A stretch of 64,000 bases of DNA from Utricularia gibba. Its lineage: Eukaryota; Plantae; Magnoliophyta. The translations under genes and the position numbers were made by a program. The stretch covers positions 806,001 to 870,000 of the forward strand of contig NEEC01000016.1 in the NCBI GenBank assembly GCA_002189035.1, read 5' to 3'. Positions within the stretch are counted from its first letter, which is position 1; every line of letters starts with the position of its first letter. This document shows positions 23,409 through 35,882 of the stretch, piece after piece. The notes beneath the pieces were generated by a model that was not told where the DNA came from, made no database searches, and saw nothing but the letters and a program-made list of their open reading frames with translations.

Positions 23409-26180
23409 CTACTCAAGGAAAACTTGAATTCTATCGCCCATGGAATCATTTAAATCCAACAACATCTTCCCTCCAACTTCATCCCTTTCACCATCAAGCA
23501 ATTCCTTAAGGTTTATCCCTCCCAATGCTGAACATGTGAAACAGCTTCTAAGCATAGCCAGAAAGAAACAAAGAAAAAAAATGCTGGTCAAATCTGCATA
23601 GGAGTAAACTACCTGGCACAATATTGGTTATTCCATCCAGGAAACCAGCCTGAAAGAATGGAAGAATCAAGGGAGAGAGTGAATGTACCAGAAAAGTGGG
23701 GAAAACATGCATAACTCGAGTTGATGGTAAATGACTGCTTACTGGTATCCTAACATCCAGTTTCTCAATGCCATCTCGTCCAGTTATTTTAACTCTCAGC
23801 CTTCGATTCCAAATCCCAGAAGGCCGGTAAGTGTTATCTCCATAGTATATCTCTGGAGTAACGACTTCCACAGCAGGGTCTTGCTCGCTTTGATTTCCTA
23901 TTTCTTGACTCTGTGCACTGTTTGAATATTTGCTGTCAGAGATGTAGCCTGAAATTGAGAGGAGAGTTTTACCAACAAAAGATACCATAGTATACCGAGG
24001 ACTTCAAAAAAAAAAAAAAAAAGTCAACTCTTGTAAATGATTAGTGTTTTCCAAATACAAAAAATTATTAGTTAAAGGGAAGAAGTCAGAAGAGACTTCA
24101 GAAAACAGCGTGCGTCGAATGTTTCCTAGAAGCTTCTTAATTAGTTACAAGTAGAATGGCTTGAGCTAAAACATAAATAAGTGTAGTGAGTCATAAACAG
24201 AATCTCATTCTACATTTGGATTATATCGAGAGCAAAAAATGACATTGTGCTCACACCAAGAAAAAAAGGAAATCAAGACAAAAAAACACAGGGAACCTTG
24301 GGCTGGTTGAAGCTGACTGGTCTTAGAAGCATAACGCTTCTCTTCTTCATAATAGGTATTAAAACCCAAGAGTTCTTTCATCTCTTCGAAGGAAAGCATG
24401 CTTCCAGGAGAGGGAAGGCGGCCTCCTTTAATTGCAACTAAAGCATCCTAGCAGACATGATTATGATATGATATTGCATGATAGCATATCTGCAAGATCT
24501 CATTGCTACTAATTTGTAACTGAATTGCAAAAACAACAGGAAACCTGCATTGCACGTATAGAGACACCCAATAAAGATAATGGATACGCCACTAGTTTAT
24601 ATCCAACTTCAGCGAGCTCCATGGGACTAAGTATAGGTGTTTTCCCTCCACCTTCAAGCATATTGGCCTGCTAAGACATGTCGTGTTATTCCAATGGCAG
24701 CAAAAACAAAAAGTTAGATTGTTATACAAACCACTTGTTCAAAGAGTGCGTCATCCAGCAAAATATTGATAGGCAATAAAAGCCAAACGAAGAGCCAAAA
24801 CAGCATGGCCATGGCATTCCATGGGCGAGTTTCGTTCTACATAATCAAGGTTTGGGACAATACTGAAATTAAAAGTAGCCATTACCATTTTGGGAACCAA
24901 GGGATACACTTCACAGAATTTTTTCATCTCTTCTTTTGAAGCGAGAGCATCAATGAATAGAACATCTGCCCCAGCATCAGCAAGAGAACGTGCTCTCCAA
25001 AGAGATTCTTCAAAGGAAATGGCCTGGCGTGAATCTGTTCGAGCTACTATGACAATATCAGAACCACTTTCCTTACGAGCATCAACAGCTGCTTTGATCT
25101 TCATTACCGCTTCTTCTCTAGACACAACTTTTCGCCCTTGAGTGTGACCGCACGCTTTAGGAGTGACCTTCAGAAGAGAACTGATAGGTGATTGAAAGGA
25201 ATTTCAGTATTCAAAATGATTTCAAAACCTTCAAACAAAAGAAACTTCTCTGACAAGGATTCTACGTGACAAAACAAAACATAAAGCATAAGCTAGATGA
25301 CATCAGCAAGTAGAGAAAATATCACCATATTCAGTATGTCCCACGAGGGGTGCTGATATTCTCAAGCATACAAGAAAAAGCATGAAATCCAAACATGCAG
25401 ACTCCAATTTCACATCGAAGTGACTAGAATCAAAGTGAGAGAAATGCATTGCTCCATGATACCTGATCCTCAAGAATTATTCCAGCAAATCCGGCATTAA
25501 TATATCCTCTAACAGTTCTCTTCACATTCATAGGATTGCCATATCCATTATCGCCGTCCCCAATTACAGGGATTGATACAGACCCAGTTACTTTTTGCCC
25601 TTGAGACACCGTCTCTCCATATGAAATAAGCCCAGTATCAGGCAACCCGAGCTGAGCAGCAGATATCCCAAATCCTACAAAAAAATGAAACTATGGATTC
25701 AGAAAACAACAAATGAATACTTCCTTATCCAACTTTTGATGAAAACGTAAATGATGAGCTTGATAGCTTGCATCATACAAAAATTGGCCCAAAATAGGAT
25801 ATCTAATCAGCAATGGTTTGTTAGCACTACATTGAAATGGGAATGCTCAAGTCATGGATGATACCAGTTGTGAAGCAGAAATCAAAACCAGCCTTTTCTA
25901 CGAGTTTGGCGCTTAAGGCGTCGAAACAAGCTGGACCCAGATGAATTCCAGGCGATTGAAGAAGTTTTCGAAGCGACGTTGCGGGAGAATCGACAGTACC
26001 ATCTCCACTGCTTGATCGAGCAGCGTACACTTTCCACAGGCTATCCAAGTGATGATGATCCGATTTTCTCAGCGCCCATTCAGGATACCCGTTCCCAAAC
26101 TTAATGTGTGCAGAACCAAATGAAGAAGGATACTGAGGATAAAAAGCGGTGCATGCAGACGGAACACAGAAATTCATCAT
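23409..26180 (-). CDS. Isocitrate lyase / PEP mutase superfamily enzyme (2,3-dimethylmalate lyase-like, At2g43180-type) with plastid-like N-terminus and an extra C-terminal domain
   Basis: GPACFDALSAKLVE, LGLPDTGLISYGE, PVIGDGDNGYG, LEDQ, PKACGH, IVARTD, DVLFIDAL, then LSFEEMKELLGFNTYYEEEKRY and RRLRVKITGRDGIEKLDVRIP..GDRIQVFLE*. Confidence 0.88.
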
Positions 26181-26381
26181 TTCTGCGCGATCAAGTAAAA
26201 CGAAGCTCCATCTCAAATTTGATGCGGTAACGTTCCCGGTTCCACCAACGGGTCTTTTTGACCCGTCTTCAAGTGGGCTGACGAGCCCGACCCAAGATCT
26301 AGGCCCAGCCCACCTGCCTGGTCGAATTGCTCATCATTCCTTGAGCATGGCGAGGTGTGGTTTCTGAATGGTGGTGCCAAA
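26181..26381. promoter_or_regulatory. About 200-bp bidirectional promoter between the lyase-family gene and TGH
   Basis: Head-to-head ATGs at 26180 (-) and 26382 (+); site-II-like GAGCCCG/GGCCCAGCCCA motifs near 26283-26311. Confidence 0.65.
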
Positions 26382-29300
26382 ATGCCTAGCGATGATGAAG
26401 ATTTCGTTTTCTTCGGGACACCGATTGCGCGAGAAGAAGAACTAACAACTAGGCGAAAGAAGGCGACGGCGGAAGCCTCTGGCCAGCTTAGAACCGCTTT
26501 GCCGCCATGGAAACAAGAGGTGACTTTGCTATTTTTGGTTTGTATTCTTTTTTAATCTGAAATCATCTGATTTCTCTTTTTCCTCTGGGAATTTGGTGGT
26601 TATAATTGGTTTATAGTAAAATTATGGAATTTGATTCCGTTGGACCTTGCTTTAGGGATGCTGTGTAATTGTCGTTTAGTTCACCAGATGTCAGTGCTTC
26701 TCAAGGTTCTCATGTTTTTGGTGATTTTGTGTCTAGGTTCTGGATGAAGAAGGGAGGAGGAGGTTTCATGGAGCGTTTACCGGTGGCTTTTCGGCTGGTT
26801 ACTACAATACTGTTGGCTCTAAAGAAGGTGGGTGTTACTTTGTATTTTTCTTCATTATTTTCCATACATATGCTTCAGATGTATCTCGTATATTCCCTGA
26901 AATTATAGGGTGGACTCCGCAGACATTTACTTCATCGAGGAAGAATAGAGCTGATGTCAAAAAACAAAACATTTATAGCTTTCTGGATGACGATGAGAAA
27001 GCTGTAGGTTCTGTTTCCAAATTTTGCATTTGCTCCTGATCCATTTCTTTTTGTTCAGTTGTACAAAATAGTTTATCACTCTATTTGTTTTTTGGCGTGC
27101 TTGCTTTACATTTCTATTCTTGTGAAAAAGGCAATGGTGTTCTTATTTGTTTGTTCTTGTGAAAAAATGCAATGCGGAAAGTTCGTGATGTCCAAGTTAT
27201 GTGTTCTTGTTTAAGTCTGTGAAGGTTAGATTCTATGAATGTGTGTGTGCGTAAGTGTATCTTACTGTCATTTTGTAGGAACGCTTCTTCCATCTAGGTT
27301 TTTTCCCTCAGTTTTTGTCCTGACCTGTTTATTGCTTTCAGTCTATATATTATCCCTGATTTTTCGTTTTGAGAGGTAAAAGCTTTTCCATCACATCCAT
27401 TTTTTTCTCTTTTACCCTACTTTCTGGTTTGATTTTTTCCAGGAATTGGAGGCCCGGACGTTGGAGACATCCATGCAATATGATACCTTTGGATTTACAG
27501 CAGCTGAAGTTGCACGTAAACAAGCTCAGGCAGAACAACAGCAAAGGCATTACTCACTCTTTTGTTAACTCTCTCCTCCGTAAATGACTTCCTACAGACC
27601 AAATCTTGTGCTTTTTCGATTTTGACATGCGGTCTTTTTTTCTTAATGTTTCAGTTGATTTCACATATTTTTCCCGAGTAATGCTGGTATCTGACTCATA
27701 GAAATCTGTAGGAACAAGCAGAGATTTTTTTTTTCTACTTTTTTCTCAATCTCCTGTTCAGTGATCCTTTTAGCTTTCAATAGAGCAGTTTTCGCTCATG
27801 TGCAACTTATTTCATGTAACTTTTGCACGCAGGAATTTTTTACTTAATGAAAAATTGGTGAAGATAGTAATGAAATAATTAGCAAAAGGCTAAACAGCAG
27901 TTGCAGTTACTAAACTAAAATTTCACAGGATTTTTTTAATGGAATATTCGAAGAAATGTTGGTTAAATACGTGTAGTTTTATGGATGGTTCCTGGCGTGC
28001 GTTTTATGCAATAAACCTTTTGATTTTTATGTTCGTGAAACAGCACTTTTATTGAGTAGATACATAGGATTTCAGTGAATTTGGTTCATGATTGTTTTCC
28101 CGACTCTAAGATTTTATCTATAAGCTAGTAAAGATGCTCTTTGATTACCGAATTCGTTTTTCTTATTAATTACAGGCCAGCAGCTGTTCCTGGACTTGTT
28201 CCTGATGAATTAATTGTTCCTTCTGCACAGTCTATTGGTCTGTTCTGGAGATATGAACTTGATATTTGCTCATGTTTAATCTAATGTTTCTATTTATAGT
28301 TGCCAATGTTGTTTCTCTGCATGATTTTTGATTAGGAGTGAAGTTGTTGTTGAAGATGGGATGGAGGCAAGGGCGGTCCATTAAGGACTCGAACAGGAAT
28401 GCCCTTTATGGTATGCTTCCATATGGATGAATCCATGTTTTTTTTTTTTTACATTATTGGTCAGGCCGTGTTTGAATTATGGGCTCATATTTTAATAATT
28501 GGAACTTTACAAGGTTAGGAAACTAGGTCTTGTTGAACACGAATAAGATCTCAAGTTGACTAAAAAATTACCGGTGCCTTCAAAATTTATAAATTTGAGT
28601 TTCTATGAATCTGAAATTAATATCATAAATATATGGATTTAATATGAAGCATAAAACCATTTATTGGATGTTTCGAGATCTTCACATGGATACTGATGTT
28701 ATAATTCCATTCTGAAGATGCTCGCCGAGAAGCCAGAAAAGCTTTCATGGCATTTTCTGATAATAAAAGTGTAGAAGCTTCGACTCCAAGGATCAATGAA
28801 GAGGGTCTGACAAGAGACGAGGATCTGGAAACTGAAGATGATGGCAAGTTTTCTAAAAGTATACGGGTGAGGCTTATAATTTTCTCTCTAATTTAATTAT
28901 GGTCGTGCTTGGGAATGCTTATTCGACCTTCCTATTCTTTTCTGTTAATAAAGTTGTTAAAAAAAATAAGAATAAGAAGCGGAATAAGCATTCCAAAACT
29001 GGCTAATATCTCCCTTTTACAAAAACAACATAATTTGTGGTGATTGATACCGAATTTTATATGTGATATGCAACAGATTACATGTTTTCGACTTCTCTGT
29101 TGGCAAATCTATTAGAATTTCATGTCAATTTTAGGCATTTGTGATCAACCCAAAGCAAGATCTGCATGGGTTAGGCTATGATCCATTCAAGCAAGCTCCT
29201 GAATTCAGGGGTATGCCCTTTTTCCGCTGTTAGTTAGTCATTAGTCCTTTATTGTCCTCTTATTTCATTGTTGAGAATTTGTCTCTACTTCCACCATTCT

Positions 29301-32300
29301 ATTACCTCATTGAATTCATTTTAGAAAAGAAAAGGCTACGTATGTCTGGGGACTTGGATATGAAGCATTCCAGAGCTCTCTCTATTAGGGGTAAAACAAT
29401 ACTTTTTCGTATTAGAAGATTTTTTTTATTATTTTTCTCTTGCATTATGATTACATGCATTACTTAATTTTCAATGTGGGACTTTTTTTTATCACAGAAC
29501 AGGCCGAAACTTGGGAGATTATTTATTTGTAAAAGTTTTACCAAGATATTTTTCATATTTAAATGTCAAGAACGACATCAATGATCTTTAGTCTAAAACT
29601 ATTCTAGGATTTATTGCTCATTGAATATTTGTTACTGAGTCTTTCCTCTCAATCTAAAGTATAAAAAATTCTACTCTAGGGAAAATGGCTCCAGGTTTTG
29701 GTATTGGCGCTCTTGAAGATTTAGACGTGGAGGATGAAGATGTATATACCTCAGGTTCCTTGATGCTTTACTGCTTTAAACGTACATTTTTTAGCTTATG
29801 ATTTGTCACATGGTAATTTATCCTAAGCCTAAATATTTTACAGTAATACTATAATTTTAGAAGATGAACTGAATCCTCTTAATAATCTGATGAAAGATAA
29901 CTGAGCAGAATCTGCTTGTTAACAAAGTTTCTTGAAAGTTTTAGCAGAGGTATATAGCTTCTAGATTGTAGGTAGTTTAAATTCTGTTCTTTTCCTGTCC
30001 ACCTAGGACTCTGCTGCTGAATGGGCAGACCTGCATTTTTCTTTTATCGTTATCCTTTCACTTTCTATTGGGCAGGTTATAATTTTGAAGAGACATATGT
30101 GCAAGAAGTAGAAGAACCTTCCCATGACAATAATAGCGTTTTACGTTTAACGGACAAGAAGAGACATGACGCTCTGCCTGGTTTCAAGGCTTCCTCAATG
30201 CCTGAGAAGAAATTGGAGAGGTAATATTGATGTATACATAATTCTATGTATTACAGTGTATTCGTACTACTAAGTTCCATGCATGGAAAATTGACTTCCT
30301 ACTGAATGTGCACTTTCAGGTTTGATCCTCCAGCGATCCCTGAAGATTTTGTTCCTCAGCACAAGTTTTCAGCTTCCAGTGGTCACGGTGGTAGCATTGG
30401 TGACATGCCTCCTGATGTCCCTGCTCCAGAGGATAGCAATCTGAGGGTACTGATTGAAGGGTTAGCAAAACTAGTTGCTCGTTGTGGAAAATTGTTCGAA
30501 GATCTGTCAAGGGAAAAGAATCAATCAAACCCATCGTTTGGCTTTCTTTCTGGTGGAAATGGTTCTGATTTTTATGCGAGGAAACTCTGGGAAGAGCAGC
30601 AAAAGCATGAACAACAGAGCACATTGTGGAGAGGGAAAATATCTCAGAAACCTGAACCATTGACTGCTGAAAAACGTGGGAGAATTTTAGGGGAAAAACC
30701 TCTGGAGGGAACCTCAAAAGAACCCAGCTATCCAGTTTCTATTGATGTCCAATTCAAGCTGTCGGATACATTTACTACACCTGCATCAAGTGTGAGTAGC
30801 TGCACTTGGAAATGTGAGTTTTTCAGCATACATGGGTTCCTCAGATATCTGACACTGATTTCTTCTCCTAGACTCACCATACTAGCCGTTTTAGCAATGA
30901 TCCTGCCAAGCAAAAAAGATTTGAGCAGTTCTTGAAGGAGAAGTACGAGGGAGGCCTTCGAAGCAAAGATTCTGGGGGTGCCAGTGACATGTCCGAAGCA
31001 GCCCGTGCTCGTGAAAGACTGGAATTTGAAGCTGCAGCTGACACCATAATGAAGAAGCAAACTTCGTTTGAGCAAAGTCAGTCTCTTAAAACATTGGCTG
31101 CAGATTTCTTAGCTCCTTCCGGTTTACAATTTACTGCTGGGGCTGCTGAGGTATGCGAGAGCAAGTACCCACCTTCTTTAATCACTAGAGCACTTTTTCC
31201 TTGGGTCTAACTTTTTATATTTTCAGAATGATAAAACTCCAAAGGAAGAAGGAATTCCCAAAGCTCTGTTCCCAAAACGAGAAGAATTTGACTGGCGACC
31301 GGCTCCAATTTTGTGCAAGCGCTTTGATTTGACTGATCCTTACATGGGCAAGGTAGTTCCTGTAATATTGTGATATGGTTCTTGTTCCAAATATGGGCAT
31401 CCTGTTATGCACACTAACTAACAAAGTGCGTGTGTCGAAATGCAGCCGCCACCAGCTCCGCGGGCTAGGAGCAAGTTGGACACCCTGCTTTTCATGCCAA
31501 GTATTGATGTAAGCGTGCCCAGTAAAGCATCTTCTTCCATCCCACAAGGGAATGGAAACGGGGGAACGTCAGAACCAATAGACAAGGAGGTGGAGACTGA
31601 AGAAATTCAAGCTGAAAACATAGAGAGACCCCTTGATTTATATAAGGTAATCCAAGTCTTGTTTTCGCTTGTTTCTACCTGTTAGTTTCGTGGTTCATGT
31701 TGCCTGAGTTTCTGTTCGATTCATCCCTCGCAAGGCTATATTTTCCGATGATTCTGATGATGAAGCGGAAATCATTTCAAGTAGTCAGCCGGAGGATGCC
31801 CAAAAGAAGAGTGAAGCTGCAAATACAGCCCTCAATCGTTTAATAGCGGGTGACTTCCTGGAGTCATTGGGAAGGGAACTTGGTTTGGAGGTTCCTCCAG
31901 AGGCGAAACCGCCTAAAAATCGAGCAGATGCAGGATCTGCTGACAGTGAAAGGGTGAGGCCGGCTTTTCGAAATGTGGGTTGTACGGAGGATCCGAACAG
32001 CGGACTGAACGAAGGCCCAGATGATCAAGGCACGCAGAGGGGTCCAGAAGCTGTTGATCAATCGAACTCGGGAATCCCACCAAGTGACAAGAGTGTGATG
32101 CAAAATCAGAGGCATAGTAGGGACAGCAGCTCATCTGAAGAAAACGGCAGGGAGCGGTCGAAGAGCCGCCGGCACAGAAGAAGCAAAAGAAGCAGTTCAG
32201 AAGATGAGGGCAGCCATCGTGAGTCCCGCTCACGAAGGCATTCAAAACACAGTAAGCGCAGAAAGGATCGCGAACATCGCAGGAAGAAGGAAAGACATTG

Positions 32301-32301
32301 A
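26382..32301 (+). CDS. TGH: G-patch and SWAP/Surp domain protein TOUGH (miRNA biogenesis)
   Basis: [37 protein letters not shown]-patch [17 protein letters not shown], Surp [53 protein letters not shown], Arg/Ser/Lys-rich tail. Confidence 0.93.
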
Positions 32302-32561
32302 TGATTCAAAGATGAAGGTCTTTCTTCTTGCCTTTGGATTGTATACCGATTCCGTCTTCTTCGACATGCTTCTGTGTTCCACCGTCGTTGACTTCCATTT
32401 TGAAGGGGAGAAAAGGATCACGGCACCAACACATTCTCTGTATTCATGAACCCTAATTCCCCAAACCTCGGCAAGTGCCTGTTTCTGGCCAAACCTAAAG
32501 GCTCAAGTATTCAGCTTCTATACAAGCAACCAAATGAACGTGCAGTCCATGCACCAAACAC

Positions 32562-34436
32562 ATGAACGCTTCTCGTCTCTTCTTCGTCTTCACCCTCTTG
32601 CTATCTCCCATTGCAGAATGCAACCAAATCTTCGATGTACGCGACTACGGTGCAGAGAGCGGTGGGACCGCCGACTCAACGCCGGCGTTTCTCAGAGCAT
32701 GGTCCGCGGCATGCAACTCGACTACGCCGGCGACCATGCTCTTAAGGGGAACTTACTCGATCAATAGCGTAGTGCTCCTAGGGCCTTGCAACAGCTTCGT
32801 CACGGTTCAGATAAACGGAAATCTCGTCGCTCCGGCCGATTACAACGAAATAGCGAATTCGAGGTACTGGATAATGTTCAAGAGGATAAAAGGAATTTCC
32901 ATCAACGGAGGAACCCTAAACCCCAACGGCGCTGCGTACTGGTCTTGCAAGAAATCTTGTAGTGGCCAGTGCCCCTCCAGAGGCCCAACGGTATATTTAA
33001 CAACTTTTATTTATTTATTAAATCAGAATAATAAACATACACTAAAATCAATTTTCATCTATTCTTTTTTGGATGAATTATTAAATTCTTTTTTAACATT
33101 TCTACCTTATTTTATTAAGAAATTTCCAATTATGATTAAGAATTAAAAAACCCTAAAAATACGACAATACTTGAGATTGAAATCGGGGTTTAGGGTTTTT
33201 GGGCAAGTCTCTAATATCCCAATATATTTTTCAATTCAATTTGCAGCTACCCCAAAGTTTTTTATTTCATAATGTTGGGTTGATATAAAAAAATGGAAAA
33301 AGAATCAATTTTTAAAATGTACTTAAATTTTCACACCAGTAGAATTACATAGTACACTTCTCTTTCTCGGAAAGTCAACGCATGTAATAACCTATCCATC
33401 CATGCACGTTCAAAAGTCAACCCTGACGTAGATTCATGCATACGAAGGTTTCAGTTGAATATTGTTCTCTGGTAATGAATTGTTTATTACTGTGATGGCA
33501 GTCGCTAGTTCTGGAGTCTGTGTCCAATGCCAGAATCAAGGACCTAACGTCGATCAACAGCCTGCAAATGCACGTCTCGATCCACAAGTGCCGGAACACT
33601 ACCCTGAGTGGCCTGAAAATCTCCGCCCCCGGCGCCAGCCCCAACACCGACGGCATCCATGTCGAGGCTTCTTATCAGACCCGGATCTCGTCTTCCACCA
33701 TCGGGACCGGCGACGACTGCATCTCCATCGGCCCCGGCACCGGGAGCGTTGCGATCAGCAACATACGGTGTGGGCCTGGCCATGGCGTCAGGTAACGCCT
33801 CCCGGCGTGGGGCTGTCGACGTTTCCTTCGTTTCGAGCTTATATATCGTGTCTGTCATCTGGTGCAGCATTGGGAGCTTGGGGAGGAATGAGAATGAAGG
33901 TGGGGTGCAGAGAGTGAGAGTGGTGAACTCCAACTTCGTCGGAACCACCAACGGCGTGAGAATAAAGACGTGGGCTAATCGGAACGCCGGTTCCGTCGAC
34001 GGCGTCCTGTACCGAAACCTCAGGATGATAAACGTGGAGAACCCCATAATCATAGACCAGCACTACTGCCCACACGGCGTCTGCCCACGCCAGGTACAGT
34101 AAAAACTCCCTCACTGCGACCCATCATCCACGCTTACCTTGTCTCAGTTTGCTTGTTTCTGTCTGGGTCTGAAAGTAGACTTCCGGCGTGAAAATCAGCA
34201 ACGTGGGGTACGAGAACATAAAGGGGACATCAGCAACAAAAGTGGCGATGACGTTCAACTGCAGTTCAAGTAAGCCCTGCACCAACATAAGCCTCTCCGG
34301 CATCGACCTTAGCTACGCCGGCGCCGGCGCCGCCACCTCCGTCTGCAACAACGTAGTGAACGGCACTTCATCTGGGAATGTCGTCCCTGATAGTTACCTT
34401 TTCCAACCACCAGGACAAACGAAGCTACACATGTAA
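32562..34436 (+). CDS. Polygalacturonase (GH28), copy 1
   Basis: Exons 32562-32990, 33502-33791, 33868-34093, 34179-34436. Signal peptide; SPNTDG, GDDC, CGPGHG and RIKT motifs intact. Confidence 0.92.
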
Positions 34437-35061
34437 CCTCAACCACAGTCTCAGCCAGTAATTCTAACCATTAGAACAAATAGTTAACATCAAATCAAAA
34501 TAGTAAAATATATAATAAATTATATATTTTTATCAATAAATTGAATTCAATATTTTCTAATTTTATCTATATTTCTTATATAATTAGATTTCATATATGC
34601 TAGTTCAACCTATTGAATTATTAATTTCAATATTAACTATGACCATGTTCACATCACTCTTCTAAAACTCGGGTCAACCCATTCCCACAATCCTTTTTAA
34701 TTAATTTTTTTTTTATAAAATCAGTGATTTTGGATTTTTTAATTAATTTATTGAATCGAACCCTCTGCCGTACAACTTATCCAATAGGCAAGATAAGATA
34801 TCTTAATAAGCTACAAAAAGAGATACGTAGACTTTTGTTATAATAAAAATATTATAAGACCCTCTACAAGTAGCTAAGTGCCTTCTCAACACAAGTAACA
34901 AATAACGTCCTCATTTTTTTGTAATGAAAAAAACTAATTGCGTGCCATCCGATGCTTCGAGACATTACCTTCCCAAGCAAAGAAATAATATGAGATTTGA
35001 TTTAATTGTATTTACAAACAGCATAGAATTTGATTTTTCGAAGCTCGTTTCGAGTCCCTCG

Positions 35062-35223
35062 TGTTGAAATTCAAGATCCGATGAATTGAGTGAACGCATA
35101 TGTGAAACTCAAGTACATAATAAACATGTATTTATCCAATCTAATTACTTGTGATATATAATTTTTTATATACTTTATTATTTCATTTTCATTTTTCAAT
35201 GTGTTATTGTGTATTTTAACACT
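35062..35223 (+). mobile_element. One-ended copy of the MITE-like family at 41378-41741
   Basis: Begins TGTTGAAATTCAAGAT like the terminal inverted repeat and continues through TATTTCATTTTCATTTTTCAATGTG..TTTTAACAC; no second TIR seen. Confidence 0.65.
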
Positions 35224-35882
35224 TTGATCCATAAAAAAATGGTAGTCCGATAAAATCTTGGTGCTCAAAAGATGAAAATTATTTAAACCAAACGAAATTT
35301 TACTATTTTTCTAAAAAATATGAATGATAGATTATTTTCTATGATATGTTAAGATGAGATAAGATCACCAAATACTAATTAATAAAAAAAACAATGTATT
35401 CCAAATGACAATATGCATATCAAACAACATATTACATAGGTGATATTTGATTGATGAAATTGGTTGGGTTTAAAGGTACAATTATAGAATATTTATTTCA
35501 TAAATTTAGAAATACATGAATTTTTTTAATTCTAGTTTATTTAAAATTACATTTTCTTTTACTTTATTTAATACTAATCAATCCTAATTTTAATCTCACT
35601 AATTAAGCTCTTTCTAAAAACGAATCATTGTATATCAACTTTATTTAAATTCGAATAAATTAAATTATTTGTATCTCAATCAACCAAACACCGTCTATAT
35701 CTATTTAAAATCCCTATAATTATCCCCTGTTATAGTTTTTAAACATTCTATTCTCATAGCTTATAGTTTGAATTCGCAAACCCTACTTCCCCGGAATCTC
35801 CGTCAAGTGTCTCCTATTGTCAAAGATAAAAGCGCCGGCGTTAGTCAACCTACCGGCGCAAGAGGGAACCAAGTTATTCGCC

